Positions 1 to 13,499 of a stretch of DNA of 64,000 bases are shown here, piece after piece (within the stretch, counting starts at the first letter, position 1; every line of letters starts with the position of its first letter). The stretch covers positions 7,929-71,928 of the forward strand of contig NMRA01000883.1 of assembly GCA_002633005.1 (NCBI GenBank), read 5' to 3'. The notes under the pieces are model-generated. The model was not told where the DNA came from. It was given only the letters and a program-made list of their open reading frames with translations, and ran no database searches. Position numbers and translations under genes: made by a program. The stretch comes from Phoronis australis. Its lineage: Eukaryota > Animalia > Phoronida.

Positions 1-899
1 GTGCAACAACCAGGTAACCACGTCATTACACAATCCAGATCAATAAACTCGCCTTTTAGAGATACTGAATACCAAAAGAGTGCTCTCAATGGAAAATCGT
101 GCCACATGTCATCTTGCAGTGAATAAACGGGAGAGATCTTCGAGGGCATTGCATATGAATGGAAACTTTCAAAAACTAAACCGCATGGGGGCTACGACGA
201 AGTTAGATGCAGGTCGTCCGTCAGTCTTGATTCGTGAACAGAGATTTGCCTTAGGGGTCGTGGTCTCTCAAACGGATAGGTCGGTGTTTTTTGTTTCCTG
301 TCTGTCAACTTTTCGATTCAGGAACTCGTATTGCTTTCCACTATCAGGCTCTGCCCGCCCGTGATTAACGCGAACCCTACCGGTCGTAGCATGAGAATAT
401 CCATAGCCAAAAGTGATATGTAAAGTGTTGCTATAAATCTGTCTAAATAGTAAATTAAATTTGTACAACTGTATGCGCTAGTTTTCTGTTTAACCTATTA
501 AAACGAGTCTTAAAAGCAAAATTAACATCAACAGACGCACGTGTACAACCTGGGAAGCTCATTTATATTGAGAAGCAAATTGTTGAAGGCACTGTATTCA
601 TATGTCTTCACACAGGTCATATGTTGGTCACATCACTTGAAGACGTGTCAAACATGTAAATTTTTACTGTGGCACAATTAATTTTCAATGCAATTTACAA
701 AAAAAAACAACTATCGAGTTTAACATTATGTAAAATTTGAGCATCTGTTTCAATACTATATTTGTCCAAGGTTTCATTACAGCGCAAGTGTCGGATCGAG
801 TCTACACAGTCACTTGTCTTTGAAAGTTTATTATTGGAGTTCATGGTGATTATTTAAAAACCTAATGACTTTGTAGAATGTATCCATTCTAGGAATGAC

Positions 900-1510
900 G
901 ATGGTATTCTTTTATGTCAAAGTGTTTCCGATGTGAAAGTTTTGTGACATGCTGATGATATGGCTTTGTGTTAAACTGCAAAAACTATTGTGTGCTTTAA
1001 ATAAGTTCTGCGGGGAATGGAGCGTGTCTGTAAATTTAGTGAAGACCACAGTTATGGTGTTTAGAAACGGAGGTCCCTTGAGAATTTGCGAGATGTGTTA
1101 TTTTGGAGGTGAAAAACTCGAAGTGATTTCCATTCCAGCTACAAGTATCTTGGTATTGTGTTCACGCCAAAGTTATTGTGGTCTATCAGCCCAAGCCACG
1201 GAGGTAGCCATTACAGTCGACAAGCTACAAAGAAGTTGGACCATATTTCAACCACGTGTGGCTTTTGAGACATTTGATAAAATAATTTACCCCAGCTCAT
1301 GCTATGGAGCCGAAATATGGGGCTTACAAGAATACAACTGGTTAGAACAAGTGCAAATTAAATTTTGCAGGCGTGTATTGGGTGTAGCTAATTCATGCTG
1401 AAACAATGCTGCACTGAGCGCATGTCGGCGGTTGCCGTTATTTACTAATCACTATGTTTCCGTGATCACGTATTGGTTCAAACTTCTCAAAATGCCTCCT
1501 CGCATGACTT
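900..1510 (+). mobile_element. Decayed non-LTR retrotransposon (LINE), RT C-terminal fragment
   Basis: HADD-like remnant at ~948, then LQKLLCALNKFCGEWSVSVNLVKTTVMVF, a frameshifted YKYLGI, and CYGAEIWG...LEQVQIKFCRRVLGV, typical of LINE RT thumb and downstream region; frameshifts and stops present. Confidence 0.8.
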
Positions 1511-1562
1511 TGACCAAAATGGTCGGCACTCCCGATATTGAGCCACATCACTTAGACTTATA

Positions 1563-2715
1563 CAGCCGATTTCATAAAGGTGGTTTAAAATTAAACCTGG
1601 TTTAAACTGGACTTAGACCAGGCTTAAAGATAATCTGCATTTCATAAAGTGGCTTAACTTTTAGACCACTGGTCTAGTAAAACCTGGTTTAAATCCTATT
1701 TAGACCTGGTCTAAGTCAGTTTTCATTTCACCAACGAAGTCTATATTCGTTAGATCTGTATTAAGATCTTAACTTTAGACTTGGTCAGACCTAGGTTTAA
1801 CTGATGAATATAACAGACTTGCATGATATAGGTGCAACTGAATGAGGCCGCGGTGTGCCTTCACGACGCAGTTTTAGAGCGAAAATGAACTATTTTCAAT
1901 ATTCAGTTTTACGACGACACAAGATCAAACGTAGCAGGGGCGGATCCACGACTTTAAAGGGAGGGGGTCGGTCAAGGACTTTTTAAAAGGGGGACCAAGT
2001 CAGCAATTTGAAGATTATAGATTCGATCTCATTAAAATCAAGCAAAAAGGGAGTCCGGACCCCTTGAACCCCTTGGATCCGCCTATGTGTAGACCAGTTC
2101 GTGCTGGATAATGTCCTGTGGATTCTTCAGAATCCGACTGGTCAAGCAGGTCGTCATCGTCATAAGCGCTAAGGGTTTAACCGAAGAGAGCATTTTCTGA
2201 GTTCCACCTCCATTGGTCTCCGATTTAATGTAGCCAAGAAGGGGCCTTGCCCCTCCCCTTTGGCCGCGAAAAATAAAAACTAAAATGGCACGGAAATAAA
2301 TTTGGACATTTATGATATTACGGCTAATCGTGAGCATGTACTTTAATTTGTGTATACGTGTGTTGGTCACACACATTACCTTTTTCCTCATGAGAAAAGC
2401 TTTTACACCTTTTTCGCAATTTATATCTGCACTGATTCTACTAGAGTGTGCTATTTTATACCCACGTGATCAAGGTTTCATTGGAGCACTTCAATAGTTT
2501 CTTCGTTGGGTTAATCCAGATCGACACAACAGGGTGGCTTAGATACTTTAAACCTGCTTTTACTGAACCAGCTCCCCGGTCTAACAAAACCAGGCTTTCA
2601 AACTTTTAGACCACGTTGGTGAAATGCAAATGGGTCTAAAATTAGACCAGGTGTAGGAAGACCAGGTTAAAGTCTTAAATCTGGTTTTGTAAAACCACCT
2701 TTATGAAATCGGCTG
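1563..2715. mobile_element. Non-autonomous TIR DNA transposon (MITE-like, possibly PIF/Harbinger)
   Basis: 24-bp perfect terminal inverted repeats CAGCCGATTTCATAAAGGTGGTTT / AAACCACCTTTATGAAATCGGCTG, flanked by ATA and TTA; subterminal TAGACCAGG/GGTCTAA motifs; no transposase ORF. Confidence 0.8.
1935..2087. mobile_element. Small MITE nested in the 1563-2715 element
   Basis: Ends CAGGGGCGGATCC ... GGATCCGCCTATG; flanks CGTAG/TGTAG resemble a 5-bp TSD; related ends at ~25183, ~38930 and ~45628. Confidence 0.65.
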
Positions 2716-5700
2716 TTAATGTTTTACTCCACGGTAGAGGTAACGGCCGTCGGCCTGTGCACACAAAATCTGTGAGTTAACCGGCACTCACCTTGCAGGT
2801 TGCAGCCGTTTAAGTGAAAAACTATCTAGTAAACGACATTTTCTTGCATAATCCACCACCTTTTGTAAATAAAGTCAGTCGTAGATGACCCGCACACGCA
2901 CTCATTCTCGTACGCCGACAATTCAAAACAAACGTCACGTGACAACAACGTGTGTTCATCCAGAGATTTTTCTCGTATTGTGGGGTACGATGTAGCACAG
3001 ATTTGGACTTAATCGCAATTAATCTGGACTCCATATGAACTTTAAAAATTGTTAAACATAAGGAAGATTTCAGGTAATTTGTTGAGTCGAAACTATATTT
3101 TTATTCAAGAATTCAAGTTTTCCTATTGACGATCGCGATTCAGCGCCGTATCAGTCGGCAAGTTTTCGCCCTAGGATTTAAGCACAATTTTTTGAAAAAT
3201 GATCGTAATTTAACAACGGAGTTTGATAGCACTGCACCACAATTTTGTAGAAAGACTGTCATAGGCTACAAGTACGTCACAGAGCGTAAATTTGGTGAAT
3301 TCTAACTTCCGATTTTACCCGTTTCGGAAACCGGGTTTCAACTGCCCTACGCTACAATAAGCTCCCCCTCTCCGTGAAATGAATTTTTCTAAGCGTTTTA
3401 TTAGAGCCAATACAGTATACAGATTTCCACCAAGGCTAGGTGATGCTACGACATTATTCTTTGTTGCATTAGTTTACTGGTCTTGGCTAATTATCATTTT
3501 ATGGCCTGGTCATCCATTCGGCCAAAAGTAGTTCCAGGGGTGGCTTATCAGCCAATTATTCACGCATGTTGACTCACAATAGAAGCCTGATAAGAGTGAA
3601 GGTGGATAAATGCAGTGTTATCACGCAGTGTTCCTACCGTTTCTTGTGGTAGTGGATGTGTTCACGACATGGGGATAACAAGCGTTTTGTGTGTTTATAA
3701 CTCAAAAAATCACAAGCCTAAACAACACAGATCTGTGTTGTCCTGTCTGTATTTCACGGATCGAAGAATACTTCGAATTTACAAATGTATCTCTGAACAG
3801 ACTCCAAACTCCTGCTACGGACCTTAGTAAATTGGCCTGCCGAACTTTGTAGGCTACGATGTGTCCAAATACCAATAAATCCGTAACAGCGAAAAAATAC
3901 AACACGTTTTTATAAGAAATCGGTGTATTTTAAATGGTTTTACGTCGAAGTTTGATGATTTATTGGTGTTAAACGTTGAACTCATGCGATAAGCTGACAC
4001 CAGTAACCCTTGTTGTGAACTGCTAAACCGACTGCGTGTGAAACCAATGACGTCATTATATAATTTCAACACCTCCGCAACCGAACGTGCCGTTATCGAG
4101 TAGAACTACTCGATCTAAATTGATACAAAATAGGTTTGTTTTTGGGTGGCATTCTCCTTTAATCAATTAAATTGAGAGCACCGGCATTCTGGAATATATG
4201 AACTGATTAAAAGTACGTTTAAATAAAGCAAAAATACGGGTAGGTAAAGCACATTTCAATGTATTCGTTTCAAAACGCTTTGGAGCTTCATATACGATCG
4301 AATTGCGCACGTGGATTACACTCGCTTTAACGAGTGCATAGCTTCGTTCATTCGCCGCTAGGTGAGAACGAGTAAAAATACGCTTAAATGCTTTGTTCTT
4401 TCACCGCCAGGTGGATACAGGCATCACTCTTACGAGTGAAATGCGCTGGTGCCAACGAGTGCATAGCTTTTTTCTTTCACCGCTAGGTGGACGGTTGCAC
4501 TAACGAGCAAACCACTCGTGTAAAACGTGTTTTAGATCGGCGTGGCTTCTAGGCAACCTTCATTCAAGCCAGGGCATAGCTTTGTTTTATCGCCGCAAGG
4601 TGAATCAGGCACGAGTGAAATGTACTCATTCGATAGTATTATAGTACATGGAAAAATGTGTGCACATGATTGTTTATATGTTATTATTTGTAATGTGGGC
4701 CATACGCGGATCAATACATAAGTGCATGCTCTTTTAAATGGGTGCTGTTTGGGCAGTTATACATATTTTTTTTTAAAAAGTTCGCTTTTTGGAAACCGCT
4801 AGTATAAAATTATCTGTACCAATAACATAAAAGGGCACAATGAAGCATATGGTGCCACCTACTAAGTCCATGTTTCATAAAAGCTGCCGCTTTGAACATC
4901 AAAAATACGTGGCAATGTTTTTGGTTCCTTAGTATAATCATGGACAGTTCTTGCCGATGGTACAAATTTGGGTCGCATTTTCGTTTAGGCTATTTATAAA
5001 TATCGTCTAATATTTGAAAATCGATTTATTTTCATTTTTTGCTAAATTTTAATAAGAATACCTGATCATGTGACCCAGTTAATAAGAAAAATATCAAATA
5101 TCATATTATGCTGTTTTTCTGCTTTCATAAAATTATAAAATAAATGTTTTTAATATCAATTATGTTAAGTTACCTTTCGGAGTCATGAAGTTTATATGGA
5201 GACCACAATCTTTCAGTCTCATTCTGAAACCTTTGTCAGATGGAATGGCGGTAAGTGGAGCCCCACCTGATTTTGTTATGTCATCTTTGTCATAAGTCAA
5301 GGCTATAGCCCCCACTTTTTCAGTACTGCACTGCCCATGTGACTAGGTTGTCAGTTCGTTGTCAAAACAGTAGGTGCCACTGACCTGTGTTAAGGTCCTA
5401 CATAACCTTAAATTGCTCCTTGAGTTACTCAAACTGAAGCTGGTCACTCACTCTTTTCAGAACCGTGTACCACACTGCCTAAAGGACAGCGACGAAGGAA
5501 AATTGTTGTTCGGGTTACAAGGAAAATGAGAGTGGTTACTGTAATGGCACGTTTTGCAAAGACGGATAACGAACCTGTTTTTCTGATGTTCACGTCTTTA
5601 AATATTTGGCTCAATACATTCATTTTTTTTTAAGGCACCACACTGAGATGTGTATGCAGTGTCAGATATTGTCAAACCTTTACAAGAAAAGACTGGTTTA

Positions 5701-6173
5701 CATAGATGTTATATAATCTGCATGGTTTCACCTGAATCTTCAAGTTTGTTAAATCAAAATTCTAGATGGTATATGACGAACATGTTTATGATTTTTGAGA
5801 GAGAGAGAGAGAGGGGGGGAGTAAACACAGCTTATTTTACTGTCCCAGCTTATGACTTCAACAGTGTACTCCGTCAGAAATTGACGGTGGGTTTGTTTCA
5901 AATGTAGCTGTGCTTTGGTACTGTGCGTAGACAGAGAGAGAATGAATAAATCCAGAAATTAAGTTATTATGTGATAGCCACTAATTAAACCAAGTGAAAC
6001 CTGTTGTTAATTAGGTAAACATACACTGAGGAAGAGTAACTACGCTATCGCTCCCTGTAAGGATTACATGTACATCAGTCAATTACCCAAAATAATAAAA
6101 CGTCTTATCTGCTTTCCAACTGTGGGACTCTTCACTTGTTAGATGACAGTCCTGTTGGTGAATCTTCGAACTA

Positions 6174-6185
6174 CACACACACACN

Positions 6186-6232
<47 letters not shown>
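6174..6232. repeat. (CA)n microsatellite
   Basis: Direct reading. Confidence 0.95.
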
Positions 6233-6234
<2 letters not shown>

Positions 6235-6307
6235 TACTGAAACAGTGTAGTCGCTGTTCTACGGTGGCTGTAACAGGACGGCACAGCAACTTTTTTTCTC
6301 CGTTGCA

Positions 6308-6645
6308 AACTCTATAGATTTATTAACTCAATGGATAGACTTATTAACTCTTTCGATAGACTTTGTAACTCTTTCTATAGACTTACTAACTCTATTGATA
6401 GGCTTAATAACTCTATCAATAGACTTGTTAACTCTATCAATAGATTTACTTTCTCTTACTAACTCTATCGATAGACTTACTATCTTTATCGATAGACATA
6501 ATAACTCTCTCGATAGACGTAATAACTCTTTCGATAGACTTACTTACTCTATCGATAGACTTACTAACTCTACCGATAGACTTTCTGTCTCTATCGATAG
6601 ACTTACTATCTCTATCGATAGACCTATTTACTTTATCGTCAGAGT
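6308..6645. repeat. ~21-bp tandem minisatellite (ACTCTATCGATAGACTTACTA-like)
   Basis: About 15 degenerate copies with a palindromic CTATCGATAG core; produces the repetitive ORF 6395-6742. Confidence 0.9.
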
Positions 6646-7010
6646 TACGATATCGAGGTTGTTACTTCTGTTTCAAATTAAAATGGAGGACCGAAACAAG
6701 CATATTGTCGATTTTTTCAAGCTAGAACTGACTCAAAATTAAATACAATAGAATAGTGGTACTCAGGGGTCGTTTGGGAACGTCACTAAGCGCAAGGCAA
6801 TTTCGACGTGATTTTGGCGGATTACGGACTTCGGCACCGCAAAAATATGTCTGATTTTTTTCGCTTTGTTGAAGAACAACTCACAGGTTCAGGTCAGATG
6901 CACGGTTAAATATTCATGGATCAGAAGTACGTAGCAAATTGTTTAACTATGCCACGAAAGACAATTTGGCAGTTGTTAAGTGTAAGTGATCCAGGGGTTG
7001 TTAACGGCTA

Positions 7011-7173
7011 GAGACATCCTTGGTGCTGCAGAGGCAGCTTACTTGTACATCCAGTTTAGTGACATCATTGATGCTACAGAGGCTGCAGACTAGTACAGCC
7101 AGTTTAGTGACATCATTGGTGCTGCAGAGGCAGCAGACCTGTACATCCAGTTTAGAGACATCATTGGAGCTGC
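7011..7173. repeat. 48-bp tandem repeat, ~3.5 copies
   Basis: Unit GACATCATTGGTGCTGCAGAGGCAGCAGACCTGTACATCCAGTTTAGT. Confidence 0.9.
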
Positions 7174-7829
7174 ACCGTAGACTGTATTCAATTCATATGC
7201 ATTTAGGTGCATGGGCCTATATTCGAAGACACAAACTTTTAAGAAATGAGCCTAATAAAACAACAAATCCGAGTGACAATCCCTTTTCATTTTTTGACTT
7301 TGCACTCATGACGAGTTCCTATCACCAGAGCCTTTTAAACAGTACACACCATGGATTTTTGCACATTCCGAATTACCGGTGGCCACAGACTAAATATATG
7401 ACGTAAAATTTAGCCAAATCCATGATTATTTTGTGTCATTAGCTCGAAATTTTGATTTCTTTTTCAATTTTGCCAATTTTCACATTTCCCGCCATGTGAC
7501 ATAATGGATTGAACACAAGAGATCAGTGACTAGCATTGAACAACGGCGGAGAGTAGGGAATTTGAAAGCGACAACGATTATGAGCAAGAAATGAACAAAT
7601 TAATACTATAAAGAAACGTACGAGAATGGTGTCCAGGATGACAAAATGGGGTTGCACGAAAGCGAGAACGAGTTTGATATGTTTTCACCAGCGTACTTTA
7701 ATACTTTGAGGCCTTACGAACCGGATCCTCCCGCTAGAGAAGCGGCCTTGGGCTCGGCCAGTCAAGCCAGTCATCCAACAGACGATCCTGAATAAAAAGC
7801 CGATGTTTCTGAATAGCAAATATTGTCCT

Positions 7830-8068
7830 TTATTGAACCAGGCCTTCATCGTAACATCTCCTCTGATTGGAGTCGAAACACGACTCCTCAAAGTGGGCAG
7901 AACACAGAGTGGCTCCGGACAGAATCGCTTGGTCCACGCTGAGGTCCCACACTCTCGTTCGGCTCACGAAGCGATGCCACTACTGCGCAACTTTGGCGTC
8001 CTTCGGAACACCGAGACGTTGTCCGTCTGACTACTGTTGCTGCAGCCTCCGCAAACACATATTTTCAT
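7830..8068 (-). pseudogene. THAP zinc-finger domain pseudogene, probably a DNA-transposon relic
   Basis: Manual translation MKICVCGGCSN...VSVF / (frameshift) PKDAKVAQ*WHRFVSRTR...LCSAHFEESCF gives the C2CH THAP signature with one frameshift and one stop. Confidence 0.75.
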
Positions 8069-9307
8069 CCCTCTACGAACCTTCTCTTAGTTGCTGATCC
8101 GAACAGTATCCGAACGACTTGGGTTCAACCCATGACGTTGTACATAATTATTATTTTTTTTCAGTTTTTACGTGTTTCTTTATGAGCTGTGCACTAAAGG
8201 CACTAAAATCAAGTAAGATATAATAATAAATATATTTTGAGGTACTGGAGTCAATAACAACAAGTCTTATCAATCATCTATAGTGTCGCTCTGTCAACTG
8301 CACCAGAATACATATGTGATTAACAGGCGGTTAAAACATAGCACTTCGAAGCAATGGTGAGCACACTTTTAAAAATATAAGCTATTGTCGATAGGTCTAA
8401 CCTTCTGAAGTAACGATTCGTTGACTTTTAAACACCATCTCACACGTATGTGATCTTGCATATAGTTACCGCCACATTCCTTATGTTCTTTGAACTGAAA
8501 AATCCTCATACGTATATACAGGTGTAGCACAAGAAATTATATATGTCAATTCCAGTTTTGCTGAAACAAAAAAACTCAACTTTTAAGTTGTTTAAAAGCA
8601 TCTACAGTAGATCCATTCATCGAAATATTGCTGTCTGATGGAAACTGGTATTACAGATGTGGGAAAATAAGAACTATAAAAGGCCTCTGTGGCAAAGATT
8701 CTTGTGCAAGTACTTCATCCGTGTCACCAACGTGAATCTCTTCCAGTGCAAGTTTTGTTCCCAATCGAACATACACTGTATAGTGTAAATTACATTTCTA
8801 CCAACTTGCATAAATACCAAGGATCTTAAGGCACCTCCATCCTCTATATACGAGTTCTACCACTGTTAAACTCCAATACTTTGTATAGTGGTGTGTTAGA
8901 CGAGACTTAAATATTATCTAACAACATCCTAATTCAAAGAAGCTACATCTGTGGTATGCCTTTTTCGTCTGAGAATACGCTAACTTAACGGCAACAGATA
9001 AATCCAAAGGTGGGGGTACTGGAGCAATGTAATGAAGGATGCGATTTGTTAAGTACTCATATCACAAGGACAACATAATGTCTGAAAACATTTGTGCAAA
9101 GCACGATTAGATGCGCATGGTACCGAATGGGGGGAGGTAGGGAGGGGCGCTCGCCCCCCTCCCGCCCAGGAAAATTTGTCTGTTTTTTTCCTCTAAAAAT
9201 CGAGCATTTTCCTTGATTCCTGAAGTATTATCCAAGAAAAAAGGCAAAGAAAAACAAAAAGAAAAAGAAAAAAAGGCGACCGTGTCAAACATGAAAAACT
9301 ACAATTT

Positions 9308-9372
9308 CCACGGACTCGAACTCACGACCTGGCGAAAAGAGCGAGAGTACTTTACCCTTACACCACCACGAC
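9308..9372 (-). mobile_element. tRNA-derived SINE head or tRNA pseudogene
   Basis: Minus strand has A-box-like TGGTGTAAGGG and B-box GTTCGAGTCC at tRNA spacing; no convincing cloverleaf; similar relics at ~32400-32460 and ~44785-44845. Confidence 0.45.
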
Positions 9373-11399
9373 TTCACTCAAAATTTCGTGATTAGAGACC
9401 TACTTGTTTATGGTCCACAGCGTTTGCGCGCGAAACCTACTTCTTTTTGTAATGCTTATTACACTTTTTATACTTTGTGCAATCAGTTCGTAACAAATTT
9501 GTTGTATTTAAAATAGTCTTCAATTGCCCAAAAGACCAAATCCGTTTTTTGTGTTGGCACTAATGAGGCGATTGCTTTGGAAATCGTCTTAAGTTAAGGT
9601 TTGACAAAGAGATAATTATGAGTTTCTGAGTGATTCACTGAGACTTCGATTAAAATTCTTACCAGCAGCTTCTGTTTTTTCATCGTCACTCAGATTCCAT
9701 TTTTTTTAAAAAATGAAGTAATTTTCTTCATTGCACAGTGAAGCAGACGACGGAAACGGAGTCGTAGTGCGCAGGAGGACCCAAAATGTCAAACACAATT
9801 TCGAGTTCCATTTCGAGTTCAAAGATTAGACAGTGGGCCCAAATTGGTTATCTGCTCACATGGGTTCAATGAGCACCGACATAGTTATACACTTGCTGAG
9901 CTTTGAGTTCCTACCTCTTGCGAGTGACACACGTATGGGTTATGCCTATGCTAAAAGATGTACGAAATTTATCCTATACGCTTTGAACCAGTCGATTGCA
10001 GTACGGCCACGTAATAATGTTTTCCGTGTGCACCTCCTACACTACTTCAACAGTGACCTCTGACATGGAAAGTTCAAAAGGCAGGTCAGTTTCGAGTCGA
10101 CCTTGCTAACCGGTTCGATCTTCCAACATTCCGAAAATAGCTTAAAGTAATATAATTGCAGCAGTGCAAATATCACTCAACATTCAATCAGGTCTCAATT
10201 GTAACATTTGGAGCAGGATCGTTAATTATATAACTGTTCTGTCTCAGGTTTCATTTGCTAAATACTATATCGCCTGCAACTAAGACGCCGATTTCGCGGT
10301 AAATACATATACAATATCAACTATTGTTGTTATTTAACTATTTTTATTAGATTTTACAAATTCAATGCTCAGTTACCGTCGTCTACATCATTGTTATCTC
10401 TTTTCAAGAAATAAATTGTTACATTTAAAGCTTTTTGTTTTACGAGAGAAAACTTGCAGTCTGCCAAAAATGAAAAAAATGGGAATTCGAAGCGTATGGG
10501 ATAAATACAATACATACCTCGGTCTCGGCCGATAAGCTGAATAATGTCTCGTGGGATAAAACTTCATCTGCGCTATTCTCGGTACGTTTGGTGTATATAT
10601 ATATAAGTAATTAATTCTATGTATTCTGATATCTTGTTTTGGTATATGATATTCAGTGTATTGATATACATGTATATGCGCTTGTGATATTTGTTCATAT
10701 GTTTAGGCCTAGATGTATACGCACATAATTGTCTCGTTTATATCCACAGTATCGACGTTGACAAACTCTCTTCCAATGTGAAATTGCTGCTTTTGTATTC
10801 TTCTTAATTCCCTTTGATCGTGATATTCCATTGCATTTATGTTTGTTGTCTTATTCTTTAGATTTGTGTCTTTTTTCTCCTGGCTTTGTTTTTTATAGAT
10901 TTGTTTATTTATTTTTTTTAATTCCTTGATTAAATGATTTACTGTTTTTGTGTTACACCCGGGATCGGGAAGAGTTCTTGCGTTAGTAAAAACGCCTTAT
11001 CAGTCCTGTTTCACTTGCCTGGTTAACATATTCTGTATAATACTGGACCCAGGTACACACTTCCTGGATCCAGGTATAGACATTGGTCGCACCTCCGCTC
11101 TTCTCCCAAGATCTGGCGACATTTAATCTAACCCTGGACCAAATATTTTGATATACTTTTCACAAACATCAATGGTCTTAAGTCTATTAACTTTGCAAGG
11201 TTTGGATTGCTTAAGAACACTTTTGCTGATAGCAAGTACAAGTTGTAGAAATATGTGAGTCTGGCAAAATTACTTGCGACGAACTCAAGACTATATTATC
11301 TATTCCCAATTATTCCTTGGCATACCATAATAGCAATGGCTGGGGTGTAATACTGTTTAGTCACAAATTGGTAAAGGTTTATACAAATGCTTTATTGAA

Positions 11400-12500
11400 A
11401 TATGCGTAAATTATAAGAAAATGAATTACTATTTCTTCTATCGTTCCCCGTGTCAGTCTTCTGTCAAGCGCAAAGCTCTTCTACAGGGAACTGTGCGAAT
11501 TTTCTAAATATAACGGAACAGTCATCGTAAACGATGACGTCAAAGGTCGAAATAGTACAACTGGTTTTCTGACCACCACGATAATCAGGCGGGTACTGAA
11601 ATATTGGACATACTACTTGCAAACGACTATGTACAACTGATCAACGAGCCTAGAATCTTGGTGACTTCCAAATATTGCAATGACTTGTGTATTACCAGCA
11701 ACCCCAGTTCTTTTGGGTCCACGTGTTTAGAAATACGGCAAAGTAAATCAAATTCACTTGCACAACTACTAAATGAACCATGATCGGGATGCAATTATCA
11801 GATACTGTAGTACCGAGGTTCAATAAAGAACTCACGTCAGTTTGGCTTTCTCCTAGGAAAAAGTACAATATTCCAACTCATTGGAATTATCCGTTACATA
11901 AATTTACAGTTTGAAAGTAACAATAATGTCAGGTCTGTTTATCTTTACCTAGCATCTGCCTTCGACACGGTCCTGCATGACCTACTCATCTACAAGTACA
12001 ACTCATTATCTGTTAGGGTATTAAATTTATTGGACTCTTATCAGCACAATCCCGTGTACAGGGTTCGAATGGATGTCGTCTTCTCCAGGTTATGTGAATG
12101 CAGGTGTGCCCCAAGGCAATGTTATTGGTCCGTTACTTTTCCTTCTATACACCAATGACTGTCCCGAAAAATCTCATTTGAGTGCTACCTATACGCTGAC
12201 GACACATCTTTGTTTTTCCTTTCCTTAAGGAAAGTCCACAACTACTGATGAGACTACACAGATTTTCTGCGTGTGCTACCAAATGGCGAATTAATTTCAA
12301 ACCAGAAAAAAAAATGTTGACATTATCTTCGCACCATCCCAAAACTCACATCTGCATGTAGATCCAGTATTTGATTTACGACTTAGTGGTTGGAGAATAC
12401 TCAAACATGTACCCGTAAACACTTAGGTATTATGAATGATCACGTCGTGATCTAGTTGCTAAGATTCAAAAATTGTCGAGTCCAATCAAACTGTACCAAG
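11400..12500 (+). mobile_element. Decayed CR1/L2-type LINE (endonuclease and RT fragments)
   Basis: Remnants QLINEP (endonuclease), LASAFDTVLHDLLIYK, AGVPQGNVIGPLLFLLYTND, YADDT, KWRINFKPEK, KHLGI; many indels and a large internal deletion. Confidence 0.85.
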
Positions 12501-13499
12501 ACACTTAAGAGCATGTTCGCAAATGGACCAGGCAGAGGGTGATAAACGCTATGTCACAGATTCTCTTTATATTTTGTCGGTGAGATGACACTGGCCCCAC
12601 TGACTTCAGACCACCTTTATTATTTTTCAAAACGCCCCCTTTTGGTTTCCATGGATACTATTTGTTTCCGACAAGTTTTAAGCTTAGCGGCAGTTAAGTT
12701 TTACTAAAATTCCGACTGTTACGTTAGGCAGTGGATGTAACGTTGAAATATTGAACCTGTGTTATTGATCAGGTGTGACCTTCGACTACTTTATTCATGA
12801 AAATTTAAAAGTTTTCGATAATTTTTTGTCTGTTTTTAGAGCCGCATAAGATGAGTACTTTTAGTGATTTTTGAAACTGTCAAATTTGGCTAAATTTATA
12901 TCGGGAACAGAACATTTTAGTGCCAACCAGTGTGTTGAGCTATTTTAGGTCTACAAAATATGACAAAAATTTCCAGGCGCGAACGGATTTCATGGCATTT
13001 GACGTCAAAAATGACTGGTGGTTACACCATTTCACCACAATGCGTAATGTCGCAAACGTCAATAAAAAGTGAACATTTGTAAATAGTTTGCAAGCAATCA
13101 ATTTATCATTCATCAAATTTCGTATTTTCTAGGCACTGAGGGTACATTACTTTATTTCTAAAAAGTGCTCGTAGTCATGGAATTAGGATACTTACTACAC
13201 AAATAGCAGTGTAGTTTTGGCAGAACACCTTTAGCGAGAGTCGAAATTCAAATCTCTCTGGTTTTACAAAGCTCAGTAATTTTATTTGCACGGCTAAAAA
13301 CAAAAAAGAAACACCGCCGACAAATCATTTTCACATTTTCCTTCAAAAATCGCCGTTGCCGTCTCCCCACTTGCGACGTTCCAAATCTTACAGTGTTGTA
13401 TGAACAAGATCATTTATTTTTGGTTTTATCTGTGACTGTCCTGTTTACGAAGATGCTTAATGTGGGTTAGCTGTGGAGTGTGTCTGAACAAACGTTTTT

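Noticed and set aside
6395-7406. Repetitive ORFs 6395-6742 and 7020-7406
   Set aside because: Open frames are explained by the 21-bp and 48-bp tandem repeats
9308-9372. Functional tRNA gene
   Set aside because: A and B boxes are present but acceptor and anticodon stems could not be formed; treated as a SINE-like relic
12240-12270. CTGATGA as a hammerhead ribozyme core (also ~1801, ~14090, ~55227)
   Set aside because: No correctly placed stem II plus GAAA or flanking helices found
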